A stretch of 62,021 nucleotides of DNA from Actinomycetota bacterium (lineage in GTDB: Bacteria; Actinomycetota; Thermoleophilia; Gaiellales; Gaiellaceae), in the NCBI GenBank assembly GCA_005888365.1, contig VAWZ01000003.1, forward strand, positions 1-62,021, in the 5' to 3' direction. Below, piece by piece: positions 53,240-62,021 of this stretch (within the stretch, counting starts at the first letter, position 1; every line of letters begins with the position of its first letter). Position numbers and translations under genes: made by a program. Below the pieces are notes generated by a model. The model saw nothing but the letters and a program-made list of their open reading frames with translations. It was not told where the DNA came from and did not search any database.

Positions 53240-53602
53240 TCAGCCTTTGGCGTACTCCTCCGCCGCCCGCGACTCGAACTCAAATCCAACGAAGCCTTCG
53301 TCGCCTACAACCCAGGCGTCGTGACCGGGCTCGATGACGTATGCCTGGCCTGGACCGATCTCTTGCTCCGTGCCGTCCTCGTGGACGATATGCATCCTGC
53401 CCGACTCCGCGACGCCGACATGCCTTGACTGGCAGCTCTCCGTTCCCGCGACCGGCTTGATGCACTCTGACCATTTCCAACCGGGCTCGAACGCGAAACG
53501 GGCCGCACTTGTAGTGCCCATCCGAACGACGTCGATTTTCGTCTTGTCGGGAGTCCGGGTCTCATCGGGGGTGTCGAAACTGCGTGCTTCTACGCCAGCC
53601 AT
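53240..53602 (-). CDS. Cupin-domain protein
   Basis: ATG 53602. ...SRHVGVAESGRMHIVHEDGTEQEIGPGQAYVIEPGHDAWVVGDEGFVGFEF. Confidence 0.7.
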   Translation of the reverse strand: MAGVEARSFDTPDETRTPDKTKIDVVRMGTTSAARFAFEPGWKWSECIKPVAGTESCQSRHVGVAESGRMHIVHEDGTEQEIGPGQAYVIEPGHDAWVVGDEGFVGFEFESRAAEEYAKG

Positions 53603-53781
53603 GTGAGCCTCCCTCGCTGTCGTGTGGTGCAGGGACCACGATCCTAACGCTGATCCGGAGGATGCTGGATGGCGGCCTACGGCGGCCTGGGGCTCGCGCC
53701 CACCGCGAGGCCGCCGCTCGTGAGCATCCCTTGAGGGCGACAGACGCGGGGAGCGCCGAACGCGCGAAGACGAAGCGCTGA

Positions 53782-54567
53782 TCAGGCGACGCTGCGGCGA
53801 GCGGGCATCTCGCGAGCGTGCTCTCGACTCAGTTCGAGATCCGGTGCGCCTCCGATTGCATCGTAGAAGCGATGCTGGAGAAGCACGTAGCGGCGGTGGT
53901 GGAGCGCCGCGCGCGTCCAACTGCGATCGAGCTTTCCGTTGGAGTAGAACCGGCGTGCCCAGAGCGAAGCCGGTTTGGCTATACGCACTGCACCGACCAA
54001 AGCGACCCCGGGAACGAAGATGCCGAAAGCCCCCAGTTTGGCTTTTCCCTTGAGAAACGCAACGAGCGCAAAGCACATGTTTACGCTGATCACTCCGCCG
54101 AGCACCCAGTGAGGTACATCCTTGCCGGGGTCTGAGCCAAGCGGCGCGGTCGCCAGCAGGCAGAGAAGGCCAAAGGTGAAGCCCATCAGCGTGGCCTCGA
54201 TCGAACCGCGTCCCTCTCGGGTCCAATAGACATCATCGAGGTGCAGGATCAACGCGAATTCGTCCAACGTGAGCGCTGCGCCGACGCCGAAGAGCGCGGA
54301 TAGCAAGAGCATCGAGTCGTCGCCGGGGCGGAAGCCGATGATCGCCGTTCCCGCGGCGAGGCTCACGACGATCCCAGGTACCAGGTGATGGAGGTGAACT
54401 CCCTGCACCGACCCGCTTCCCCAACCGCGCGCTCGACCAAGGCGGGTGAACGTGCGCGCGATCGCAAACGTGAGTAGGAAGGCGAGCAAGAGAAAGAAGA
54501 GAGGCTCTCGTCCTGCTCGGTAGACGTAGTGGCCGTACCCGGGAATGAAGTGGAAGAGGTCGGCCAC
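53782..54567 (-). CDS. Integral membrane hypothetical protein
   Basis: 261 aa with about 6 TM helices. Family not recognised. Confidence 0.65.
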   Translation of the reverse strand: MADLFHFIPGYGHYVYRAGREPLFFLLLAFLLTFAIARTFTRLGRARGWGSGSVQGVHLHHLVPGIVVSLAAGTAIIGFRPGDDSMLLLSALFGVGAALTLDEFALILHLDDVYWTREGRGSIEATLMGFTFGLLCLLATAPLGSDPGKDVPHWVLGGVISVNMCFALVAFLKGKAKLGAFGIFVPGVALVGAVRIAKPASLWARRFYSNGKLDRSWTRAALHHRRYVLLQHRFYDAIGGAPDLELSREHAREMPARRSVA

Positions 54568-54707
54568 GCGGTCAATCTACCCCGCGCGCCCGACAGGCCT
54601 TGGATCGAGACAGTCGAGGCCCGCGGCTGTCGAGCAAGAGCCCGACTCTAAGTGAGCCGCGCGGATGACCAAAAACGCGATCGCGACACGAGTGCACCCT
54701 TGAAGGG

Positions 54708-55268
54708 TCAGGACGTGCCGCCGAAGTCGACATCCTTGGTCTCGACCGTCCCGGCCGTCCGACCGGGCGCCGTCTGATAGGTCCAATACAGGTTCGTGTG
54801 CGCGATGACCTGGTCCGGCGGCGGCGCCCCCCATGCCGTCTGGTCCTCCGTCGTGTGCGCGTCGCTGACAAGGGTCGCGTCATACCCTCTGACGAACGCG
54901 CCGTGGAGCGTAGAGCGGACGCACTCATCGGTCTGTGCGCCGACGACGACGAGTCGCCCGACTGCGAGGCCCGACAGCACGGTCTCGAGGGTGGTGTCCT
55001 CGAAGGAGTCGGCGTAGTTCTTCTCGACGTGCGGCTCGGCCTCGCCCGGAGTCAGCTCGGGGACGATCCGCCAGTCGTCGCTCCCCCTCGCGAGCTGCTC
55101 GTCGGACTGCTGGACCCAGACAACGGGGACCCGCTCCCGCCGCGCCTTCTCGACAAGGCTGCCGACGTTCGCGACGACTGCGTCGCGCTCGTGAGCCCCC
55201 TTGACGACTCCGTTCTGCACGTCGACGACGAGGAGTGCAGTGTTCGGCCGGTTCTCGAGTGTGGTCAT
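54708..55268 (-). CDS. Isochorismatase-family cysteine hydrolase
   Basis: ALLVVDVQNG...EKNYADSFEDT...VVVGAQTDECVRST (the D-K-C triad context). Confidence 0.85.
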   Translation of the reverse strand: MTTLENRPNTALLVVDVQNGVVKGAHERDAVVANVGSLVEKARRERVPVVWVQQSDEQLARGSDDWRIVPELTPGEAEPHVEKNYADSFEDTTLETVLSGLAVGRLVVVGAQTDECVRSTLHGAFVRGYDATLVSDAHTTEDQTAWGAPPPDQVIAHTNLYWTYQTAPGRTAGTVETKDVDFGGTS

Positions 55269-55459
55269 GGTTTCTCCTTACTCACGCGCTGGGCTCCTGT
55301 GTCCACCCACGGCGGACATACCCCGAGTGGCTACGTCGGATGTCAAGAAGACCACGATCGCAGATGCCAACTGGTGCGCGCTCCATACGCGCGCCCGTCA
55401 AGGAACATAGAAGCATCACTCGCACAGGGCGGTGTACACCGGCTCCGACCGATTCACTC

Positions 55460-55790
55460 TCGTGTTCCATGTCGTCCGGCAGTTCTGCCCAGGGATGCCG
55501 TCGCAACTCCCGGACGGACCGCGTGAGCGCGGGGGAAAGCCGGATCCGCGAACGCGCCGACGGGAACGGCAATGAGCTCCGGCGCTGTCGGAATCTTGTA
55601 GAAGACCGCCGCGCCGCACTCGGGGCAGAGAGAAGATCCGTGTTTCACCGTTGTCGGAGACACGGACGTACTCGCTGTACCTACGTTCGGTTCGTACTTG
55701 CTCCCCGTCGAACCGCGCCTGGACGCCGAATGCGCTCCCCGTCCGACGCCGACACGTATTCCCTCACAGAGCACTCTCGGGTGCTGCCGG
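55460..55790 (-). pseudogene. GFA (glutathione-dependent formaldehyde-activating/CENP-V) family gene with several frameshifts
   Basis: Manual reading gives ...CRRRTGSAFGVQARFDGEQVRTERRYSEYVRVSDNGETRIF / CPECGAAVFYKIPTAPELIAVPVGAFADPAF / PALTRSVRELRRHPWAELPDDMEHE in three different frames. The indels are at a TCTC repeat (about 55630) and a C5 run (about 55527). Confidence 0.65.
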
Positions 55791-55835
55791 CCTGCTCTGC
55801 TAGCGTGCCGCGTTCGTGAAAGGCCCGAGGAGCGC

Positions 55836-57053
55836 ATGAAGCGATTCAAGCTTGCTGTCGTCCTCGCCGGTGTGTTCGCGGCGATTGCCGTGACCGGAGC
55901 ATCCGGCGCGAGCTTCAAGGTCGACAACGGCCCGTGCCCAGAACCGCCGGGAGGTGGCGCCCTCCTTCGCTGCCCGACTGGTCATGTCGCCGCGCCGTAT
56001 TCGCTCCAGCTCCAAGGCGAGGAGGGCTGCGACACCTACTGGTTCGAGATCCCGAACGGCGCGCTGCCGGCAGGACACTCCATGTCGAGGAGCGGGCTCC
56101 TCACCGGGGTTCCCACGGGCGCTGGAACAGCGCGTTTCTGGGTCTGGATCCACGATCTGACCGCCGTGGAGGGCGGGCCTTCCTGGTGTGCGTACGACGA
56201 CCAGTCCGAGCGCGAGTTCAGCATCCCGATCGATCCCGGGCTCGCAATAGTCAACGACTCGGTCAAGCCCGCCACCGTTGGCCAGTCCTACTCAGAGACG
56301 CTCGCGGCGAAACAGGTCGAGAGCTTGAATCCGCCCGCCGGTCCCGATGTGCAGGCGGCCTGGTCGGTGCAGTCGGGAGCGCTTCCTCCCGGCCTCACGT
56401 TCTCTCCCGACGGCGCGCTCGCCGGCGCACCGACGGTGGAAGGCAGCTACCAGTTCGTCGTCAGGGCGCAGAACGGCGGCCAATCCGCCACCGCGACCTA
56501 CACGCTCGTAGTCCGGCAGCCGGTCGTCGTCAAGTCGCAGTTCGGCTCCTTGAAACCGCCGAGAGCCGAGGTCCGGATTCGCCTCTTGACAGCCGCGACT
56601 GCGACGGGCGGGACCGGTACGTATGCGTGGTCGATCAGTTCCGGCGCGCTGCCTGTTGGCGTCGCGCTCGATGCGACCAACGGCACGATCTCGGGAAGTC
56701 CTCAGAAAGCAGGGCGTTTTGGGTTCGATGTCAGCGCCGCCGACGGTGAGGGGCGCGACGCGACGGTGAGCGCTGTATTGACCGTCGCGCCGACGCTGAC
56801 GATCAAGACTCTCCATCTGACGGCAGCGAAGCTCGGACGCGCCTACCAGGCGAAGTTCGTGACGGCCGGTGGGGTCCAGCCCGTGAGTTGGACGCTCCGC
56901 GGCAGGCTCCCGTTTGGCGTCCGGTTCGCGAAGAGAGTGGGCGCTCTCGTCGGGACTCCGCGCCGGATGGGAACCTTCCGCGTTACCGTGGAGGCGCGCG
57001 ATGCGCTCGGCGCAAAGTCGCAGAAGACGCTCGTGCTTCTCGTCAAGAGCTAA
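55836..57053 (+). CDS. Secreted protein with about four tandem 'putative Ig' (cadherin/dystroglycan-like) repeats
   Basis: ATG 55836 with a signal peptide (MKRFKLAVVLAGVFAAIAVTGASGA). Recurring ...GALPPGLTFSPDGALAGAPT..G.Y.F.V.A... modules. Confidence 0.75.
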   Translation: MKRFKLAVVLAGVFAAIAVTGASGASFKVDNGPCPEPPGGGALLRCPTGHVAAPYSLQLQGEEGCDTYWFEIPNGALPAGHSMSRSGLLTGVPTGAGTARFWVWIHDLTAVEGGPSWCAYDDQSEREFSIPIDPGLAIVNDSVKPATVGQSYSETLAAKQVESLNPPAGPDVQAAWSVQSGALPPGLTFSPDGALAGAPTVEGSYQFVVRAQNGGQSATATYTLVVRQPVVVKSQFGSLKPPRAEVRIRLLTAATATGGTGTYAWSISSGALPVGVALDATNGTISGSPQKAGRFGFDVSAADGEGRDATVSAVLTVAPTLTIKTLHLTAAKLGRAYQAKFVTAGGVQPVSWTLRGRLPFGVRFAKRVGALVGTPRRMGTFRVTVEARDALGAKSQKTLVLLVKS

Positions 57054-57099
57054 GCGTCGACCCCCAGCGCTCGCGAGCCGCCGCGGCGGAGAGAACCAC

Positions 57100-57400
57100 T
57101 GCTATTTCGAGGAGACAGTGCAAGCCGGTCACGGAGTGGGTGCTCGAGCGGCTCGCACCGGCCCCGGGGGACACGGCCCTCGAGCTCGTCGCCGGCCGGC
57201 ATCGTCGGCTTCGCGGTGCCGCGCTCGTCGCCCCGGGAGGCCGCATGATCGTCAATGACTTCTCGGAGGCGCTGGTCGACACAGCCGAGCGCCGGGTGGC
57301 CGAGTTCGGGCTCGGGGACCTCGACTTCCGGATACTCGACGGGGAAATCTCGATCCCTCCCGGACAACGCAGTCGACCTGTTCGTTCGAGCTGATGTTTC
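57100..57400 (+). pseudogene. Fragment of a class I SAM-dependent methyltransferase, frameshifted and truncated
   Basis: ...VTEWVLERLAPAPGDTALELVAG / GIVGFA / ALVAPGGRMIVNDFSEALVDTAERRVAEFGLGDLDFRILDGE / LPDNAVDLFV, read in alternating frames. There is no start codon and no C-terminal half. Confidence 0.55.
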
Positions 57401-57488
57401 GTTTCGGGGGCCCCAATCTCCAAGCGGAAAGGAGAGGCCCCCACTCTCGGAAAAGGCGGTCGAGTGGCGCGCGCCGAGTGAAACGAAT

Positions 57489-57517
57489 GGGAGGGCCCCG
57501 CAAAGCCGGGCCCTCCC
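57489..57517 (-). terminator. Hairpin downstream of the 57538..57852 gene
   Basis: GGGAGGGCCC-9 nt-GGGCCCTCCC, starting 21 nt after the stop on the minus strand. Confidence 0.55.
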
Positions 57518-57537
57518 TCGAATGCGATGAGGTCGAG

Positions 57538-57852
57538 CTACGCGGCGACTAGAACCCGGTTGCTGCGAGCGACGATCTTGCCGCTCGTGATCTTGGGCTC
57601 GTTGGGGATCAACGTCTCGAGCTTCTCCTCGCGGATCCACGTCGTGGCGACCTTCGTCGACTCCATGCCCTGCTCGGGAGTCTCGAAGAGTCCGAGCGAG
57701 GTGAAGACGCCGTTGTCGGTCTCGAGGAGGAAGTAGCCCGCGAACCCGGGCAGCTTCTCGAGCTTCGGGACGAGTGTCTCGTTGACCTTGCTCGTCAACT
57801 CGGCCGAGCGATTCTGGTCCACGCCCTCGTAGCGGCGGATGGTTGCATGCAT
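57538..57852 (-). CDS. Small ABM/Dabb-like protein (tentative)
   Basis: ATG 57852 preceded by AAGGAGGA. MHATIRRYEGVDQNRSAELTSKVNETLVPKLEKLPGFAGYFLLETDNGVFTSLGLFETPEQ. Confidence 0.65.
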   Translation of the reverse strand: MHATIRRYEGVDQNRSAELTSKVNETLVPKLEKLPGFAGYFLLETDNGVFTSLGLFETPEQGMESTKVATTWIREEKLETLIPNEPKITSGKIVARSNRVLVAA

Positions 57853-58378
57853 GCTGATCCTCCTTGTGTTCCGATCAGGGCAGGAGAGTCCGAACGAACT
57901 CCCTGCTGCGCTCAGGCTAGGTACGACAGTCGAAGAGGAAAGTAAAAGCCTCGGCGGCTTCAAAGACGAGCCAACGCGCCAAAGCACTGTAGCTGCGATT
58001 CCCCGGCGCCGTCGGCGGTCCTTCCCCGACTTGGCGGTGACGATCGCCCCCGGGCCATTCGTCTGGAGTTCCGCATGGTCAACCTCGCGAACGAAACAGC
58101 CGAGAAGTCGCTCGTCGAGATCGCCCCATGGCGCCATTGCCGGCAGGCATCCTTTCGTGGCGACGTCAAGACGCGCGTGAGCACCAACCGGGCGGATCGG
58201 ATAGGGTGTCCTCTGGAAACACCGAGCCAGTCGCGCTGACGGTCAGCTTCGTGTCCGTCGAGTCGCCAGCTCTTCTTTCTCGTTGCGACCACAGTTACGT
58301 CGAGCGGCGACAGCCGCTCGGGAGGCGGGCCTCCCCGAGGCAGCCGCCCATGCCCATGATCGACGAGAGGAGCTAGCC

Positions 58379-58831
58379 ATGACCACACTTCTTACCGAGG
58401 TCCCGACGTCAGACAAGATGGTCAAGATCGCCCGCGAGCAGGTGGATGCCTTCAATACCGGCGACTGGGAGCGCGTCCGAGCAGGACTCGCCTCCGACTC
58501 CCGCCTGGACGAGCTCGGGACCGAGCGCAAGATCGAGGGTCCCGAGAAGATCGTCGAGGTCTTCAAGGGCTGGAAACAGGCGTTCCCGGACGCCGCGGGC
58601 ACGGTGACGAGCGCCTTCGCCAGCGGTGACACGGCGGCCCTGGAAGTGACTTGGAAGGGCACGCACACCGGCCCGCTCATGATGGCGGAAGGGACGATCC
58701 CCGCCTCGGGCAAGCATCAGGAGACGCCCGCCGCCATCTTCTTCACCTTCGAGGGCGACAAGATCAAGGAAAGCCGCCACTACTTCGACTCGCTGACGCT
58801 CCTCAAGCAGATCGGCGCGCAGCCCAAGTAA
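58379..58831 (+). CDS. SnoaL-like / ester cyclase (NTF2 superfamily) protein
   Basis: ATG 58379. ...REQVDAFNTGDWERVRAGLASDS...FKGWKQAFPDAAGTVTS...WKGTHTGPL...F.FEGDKIKESRHYFD. Confidence 0.7.
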   Translation: MTTLLTEVPTSDKMVKIAREQVDAFNTGDWERVRAGLASDSRLDELGTERKIEGPEKIVEVFKGWKQAFPDAAGTVTSAFASGDTAALEVTWKGTHTGPLMMAEGTIPASGKHQETPAAIFFTFEGDKIKESRHYFDSLTLLKQIGAQPK

Positions 58832-58851
58832 CTGCGACGCAAGGAGTACAA

Positions 58852-58880
58852 AAGGGGGCGGCCGAACGGGTCGCCCCCTT
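58852..58880 (+). terminator. Hairpin after the SnoaL-like gene
   Basis: AAGGGGGCG-11 nt-CGCCCCCTT. Confidence 0.55.
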
Positions 58881-59137
58881 CAATCGGCGCCCTACTCAGA
58901 GGAGTCAGTAGCTCTAGATCGCGAACGCGGAGGCTGCAGCGAAGGCGGATGCGGCGGGCCGCAAACCCCGACGGAATCTAGGGTTCCGGTGTCCGCGCGC
59001 TCGGGTGCGCGACAGTTTCCGCGATAGGGCGCATCCTCCCGTTCGCAAATTCGCGCCACACCCGTCGTCGCAACGTCGTGACCTCGTGAGCCTCCCGAGT
59101 TGCGGCTGTCCGGCGGTGTTTCCATGCTGGTCGAGCG

Positions 59138-59872
59138 ATGGCTGAGCCCACCGGACCTCGGGAGGCAGCGGCCCTTCCGCCCGACCCTGGTCGTTTGGAG
59201 TCGGCGGTGCGCGAGGCACGGGACGATGCGGCGCCATTCGCTCTCGTGGCAGCGGGAATCCTCGTTGCTTTGGCGCTCGTGAGTAGGCATGCCCACTGGG
59301 ACTTGCTCGGGCACCCGCTGTGGTGGTTGTGGCTCGTCGTCGCCCTTCCCTACGTCTGCCTCTCCGGAATCCTCCTCTTCGGCTTGGGCCGCCTCGTCCG
59401 GCATGACCACAGGCGCGAGATCGTCATCGTGCTGCTTGCGCTCGTTTGGGTCTTCAACGTCCTTGGTGTCGTTGTCCTTGTTTTCTCGTTGGTCGCTCAC
59501 TCAGGCGTCGAGATGACCGGGCGCCAGCTACTGGTCGACGGTGGTGGCGTGTGGTTCACGAACGCCGTCGCGTTCGGGCTTGCCTTCTGGGAGCTCGACT
59601 GTGGTGGCCCAGTTGCCCGAGCACTCGCGACGGCTCCTCGCAAGCCCGACTTCCAGTTCCCCCAAGACGAGAACCCCGAACTGGCGCGCGAAGGTTGGGC
59701 GCCGCGTCTGTGGGATTACTTCTACGTGTCGCTGACCAACTCGATCGCGTTCAGCCCGACCGACGCGATGCCGCTCACGCGCCCCGCAAAGGCGTTGATG
59801 GCGGCCGAATCCACCCTATCTGCGATCACCGTTCTTCTGGTCGCCGCACGCGCGGTGAACATCCTCACGTAG
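59138..59872 (+). CDS. DUF1345-like integral membrane protein
   Basis: FWELDCGGPVARA...DFQFPQDE...WAPRLWDYFYVSLTNSIAFSPTDAMP. Confidence 0.7.
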   Translation: MAEPTGPREAAALPPDPGRLESAVREARDDAAPFALVAAGILVALALVSRHAHWDLLGHPLWWLWLVVALPYVCLSGILLFGLGRLVRHDHRREIVIVLLALVWVFNVLGVVVLVFSLVAHSGVEMTGRQLLVDGGGVWFTNAVAFGLAFWELDCGGPVARALATAPRKPDFQFPQDENPELAREGWAPRLWDYFYVSLTNSIAFSPTDAMPLTRPAKALMAAESTLSAITVLLVAARAVNILT

Positions 59873-60260
59873 AGCATCGATCTCGACCGGTGCCTCCGCC
59901 CCTCGTCGAGCGTTGCTACACGGATCTACTCCACGTGAGCGAAACCGATGCAGCCGGAACACCAAACGCCGCTCGCCGTCACGGGTCCTCTTGCAAGAGT
60001 GCTGGCCCTGCAGCACTTGAACTCTGTTTGCCGAGGCTCCATCGTCTCACGCGCTAGTCGCACGTTGACGGCCTTCGGGGTTTCGGCCGGCGTTCTGGCG
60101 CAGGGCCAGTTCAACCACTCTACTCCTCTTCGTCGACTCGCGAGCACCTTTGCGGGCGAAAATGTCTCCGCGGTGTTCCTCGCTGGCCAATTACACTCGG
60201 TGCTTCGCAGCTACCTCACGCAGCACGCCGGCCAGCGGAGTCCGCACAGCGTGTCGATCG

Positions 60261-60288
60261 AGGAAGGCCCGCTTCGGCGGGCCTTCCT
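60261..60288. terminator. Strong hairpin downstream of the 60322..60858 gene
   Basis: AGGAAGGCCCGC-ttcg-GCGGGCCTTCCT, a 12-bp perfect stem with a tetraloop. Confidence 0.65.
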
Positions 60289-60321
60289 ATGAGAGAGTGG
60301 CGGCCCCGAGCGGGCTGCCGC

Positions 60322-60858
60322 TTACGGACGGTATTGCTGATCGAGCGAGCGCACGGTGTCGACGTGGACACGAATCCAGACGCCCGAGTCTAGTGGCTCG
60401 AAAAGCCTACGGTGCTTCCCGCCACTGACGATCCGCGATAACTCGGAGACGTTGATGGGCGTCGCGGCGATACCCTGCCCGTTGTTGGTGAGCACGGTGA
60501 TGCGAGCGCTCGTCGGAACCAGATACGTCAGTAGACGGTGACCCTCCTCGACGACGTAGTTGTCATTTGGAACGTCGCTCGAACCGGTGTTCTGGAGCGC
60601 CCCCCGGCTCGCGGTGACGCCGGTCGTGAACCAGGCGGGATCGAATTGCATCTCGAAGCGTCCGCCCCTGCGGGTGAGCGTCTTCACGTGGCCGTAGAGC
60701 GTCATCTGACCCGCCGGGGCAGCCGGCGGCAGCAGCTTGAAACCGGACTGCTGCTTCGCGACGGCCGCCGCTGATGCTGGCGTAGCCAAGAGGCGAGACG
60801 AGCCGAAAACCGTGGCCGCGATCGCAATTGCCGTGAGTGTGGCGAGTACTGGCTTCAT
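60322..60858 (-). CDS. Secreted hypothetical protein
   Basis: ATG 60858 preceded by AAAGAAGGAA, with a signal peptide (MKPVLATLTAIAIAATVFGSSRLLATPASA). Confidence 0.65.
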   Translation of the reverse strand: MKPVLATLTAIAIAATVFGSSRLLATPASAAAVAKQQSGFKLLPPAAPAGQMTLYGHVKTLTRRGGRFEMQFDPAWFTTGVTASRGALQNTGSSDVPNDNYVVEEGHRLLTYLVPTSARITVLTNNGQGIAATPINVSELSRIVSGGKHRRLFEPLDSGVWIRVHVDTVRSLDQQYRP

Positions 60859-61026
60859 GGTTCCTTCTTTCGGATCGATGGTGTTGCGTCTCATCAAGTG
60901 TGGACATGAAGAGGCCGCAGAGCCATGGACGTCAGATAGGCGATCGATGGAATCTCGCCCGTCGGCAGCTCGGGGCGACGCACGGTCCGGGACTGCGCCG
61001 TGACAGCCGGCTGCGATCATGGCGTC

Positions 61027-61419
61027 GTGAATCAGGTGCGGATCGACAAGTGGCTCTGGGCGGCACGCCTCTTCAAGACGCGCAGCGCTGCGAGCGAGGC
61101 CGTCCTCGGGGGGCGGGGACACCTGAACGGGGAACGCGTGAAGCCCTCAAAGGTCGTACGCGTAGGGGACACGATCGAGGTGACGATCGGGTCGATTCGA
61201 CGGACGCTGGCCGTGACCGGAGTCGCCGAACGCCGCGGTTCCGCGAGCGCGGCAGCGACGCTGTATGCAGAGACGCCCGAGTCGCAGGCGGCTCGCGAGC
61301 AACATGCGCAGGAGCGGCGGCTGACCCGTCCGCTCGGAGCTGACCTCGGCGCGCGCCCCACGAAGCAGGCCCGACGCCGGCTCGACGCCTTGCGCCGCGC
61401 CCAACGGCGCGCACGCTGA
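61027..61419 (+). CDS. hslR: S4-domain RNA-binding protein, heat-shock protein 15 (HslR)-like
   Basis: VRIDKWLWAARLFKTRSAASEAVLGGRGHLNGERVKPSKVVRVGDTIEV, with a basic C-terminal tail. The start is ambiguous among GTGs at 61000-61036. Confidence 0.75.
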   Translation: MNQVRIDKWLWAARLFKTRSAASEAVLGGRGHLNGERVKPSKVVRVGDTIEVTIGSIRRTLAVTGVAERRGSASAAATLYAETPESQAAREQHAQERRLTRPLGADLGARPTKQARRRLDALRRAQRRAR

Positions 61420-61524
61420 GCGCCGCCGCCTAGATCGCACGTGGACACGACCGCAACGAAGTTAGTCCCGATCCCCTTTAGGGAGACGGATGGGTGGTCG
61501 GTCCGGCTAAACGTCCCGAACCGA

Positions 61525-61680
61525 TCAGCGCGACGTGAACTGCTCGAGCCGCGCCAGCAGCTCCCGCCCGAGCTCGTCGCGCTCACGAGCCCGACTTGGT
61601 GCCAGTGCTCTGGCGACGAAGACGAGCGGAATATTCAAGGCGAGCACGATGCCGACCCCGATGGCGAGGTATATCCACAT
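61525..61680 (-). CDS. Possible 51-aa single-TM protein
   Basis: Below the track's size cutoff. Manual translation gives MWIYLAIGVGIVLALNIPLVFVARALAPSRARERDELGRELLARLEQFTSR. Confidence 0.3.
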   Translation of the reverse strand: MWIYLAIGVGIVLALNIPLVFVARALAPSRARERDELGRELLARLEQFTSR

Positions 61681-61787
61681 GCTGTCGCGGAATGTGCCTG
61701 GCTCCTCGGACGACTCTCCGCCGGGTCAGAGCGGCGAACCAGCAACTCGCGGCGAAACCGTCCGCATCGAAGCCGATACTTGGACGT

Positions 61788-62021
61788 ATGAGTCTGCGCG
61801 GCGTCGACCTGCTCGCGCTCACTGTCCTCTGGGGTGTCTTGCTCATCGGCGCCGTCCTCATCGCGTCGGTCGGCGGCGAGGTCTTTGCGCTTGCCGTCCT
61901 CTGGCTTGTCGTGCTGATGGGCGCTGTCCTTCTCGCGTCGCTGGGCGTCGATGACACCCGGAACGCAGACGGAGACGACGCGGTAGAGGCCAGCGCCCCC
62001 GCCTTCAGCATGAGCGGGCTG
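61788..62021 (+). CDS. Membrane protein, partial (runs off the right edge)
   Basis: Not in the track because it has no stop. ATG 61788: MSLRGVDLLALTVLWGVLLIGAVLIASVGGEVFALAVLWLVVLMGAVLLASLG.... GC3 is high. Confidence 0.45.
   Translation, partial: MSLRGVDLLALTVLWGVLLIGAVLIASVGGEVFALAVLWLVVLMGAVLLASLGVDDTRNADGDDAVEASAPAFSMSGL

Noticed and set aside
57853-58378. A ~0.5-kb gap with ORFs 57960..58388(-) and 58128..58376(+).
   Set aside because: No frame has a coding-like composition or a recognisable motif. The strong RBS at 57852 and the one at 58379 define the flanking gene starts. It may be a divergent promoter region or further gene debris, and I could not support any call.
59948-60292. A 114-aa plus-strand ORF ending inside the 60261-60288 hairpin.
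   Set aside because: GC3 is only moderate, there are no motifs and no RBS is evident. The hairpin is better explained as the terminator of the convergent 60322..60858 gene. I left it unannotated, though a real small gene cannot be excluded.

Overview
The window is high-GC by eye (about 65-72% across most of it). Several stretches look lower, around 58-62%, at roughly 12.2-17.2 kb, 51.9-53.3 kb and 57.4-60.3 kb. It reads as chromosomal DNA from an actinobacterium-like organism, possibly Thermoleophilia or Rubrobacteria, but that placement is only an inference from gene content.

Most of the window is core or housekeeping:
- An O-antigen/teichoic-type ABC-2 exporter locus with a GT4-CapD fusion gene that runs off the left edge.
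- A coenzyme F420 side-chain cluster (cofC-cofD-npdG-cofE).
- A VKOR-DsbA pair.
- A regulator-rich block: XRE, two small LuxR proteins, a large LAL/MalT-type ATPase and an HD-GYP phosphodiesterase.
- A five-gene Dpp/Opp-type peptide ABC importer.
- A principal-type sigma factor, topA, and plsC-FEN-HDAC.
- A NarL/HisKA_3 two-component pair.
- RNase P RNA, lexA with a perfect SOS box, tRNA-Leu(GAG) and secG.
- The methylmalonyl-CoA mutase large subunit and mmsA.
- A fused moaD-moaE, an M50 protease, a LOG protein, and selA-selB.
- Many small or secreted hypothetical proteins.

I saw no transposase, integrase, phage gene, CRISPR array or recognisable defence system.

The observations most worth a second look are:
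1. A secreted protein joining a CxxCH haem-c motif to a complete PHM/DBH-type two-copper monooxygenase ligand set. It is translationally coupled to mcm and to a glycosyltransferase.
2. A class II aldolase with an unknown N-terminal domain attached to an F420 cluster whose CofE lacks the FbiB reductase domain.
3. A lexA / zinc-ribbon ORF / rnpB arrangement with overlapping gene ends.
4. A MoaD-MoaE fusion overlapping an M50 protease, upstream of selA-selB, with no tRNA-Sec, selD or selenoprotein gene visible in the window.
5. Two unusual tandem repeats. One is a 28-nt triplication of the sigma-factor 3' end. The other is a 62-nt hairpin repeat.
6. Several accessory genes carrying multiple frameshifts (GntR-APH, GNAT, GFA, methyltransferase, the dppF C-terminus and the LAL HTH), while all core genes are intact.

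All start codons are manual estimates. All family assignments rest on motifs read by eye, not on database searches.
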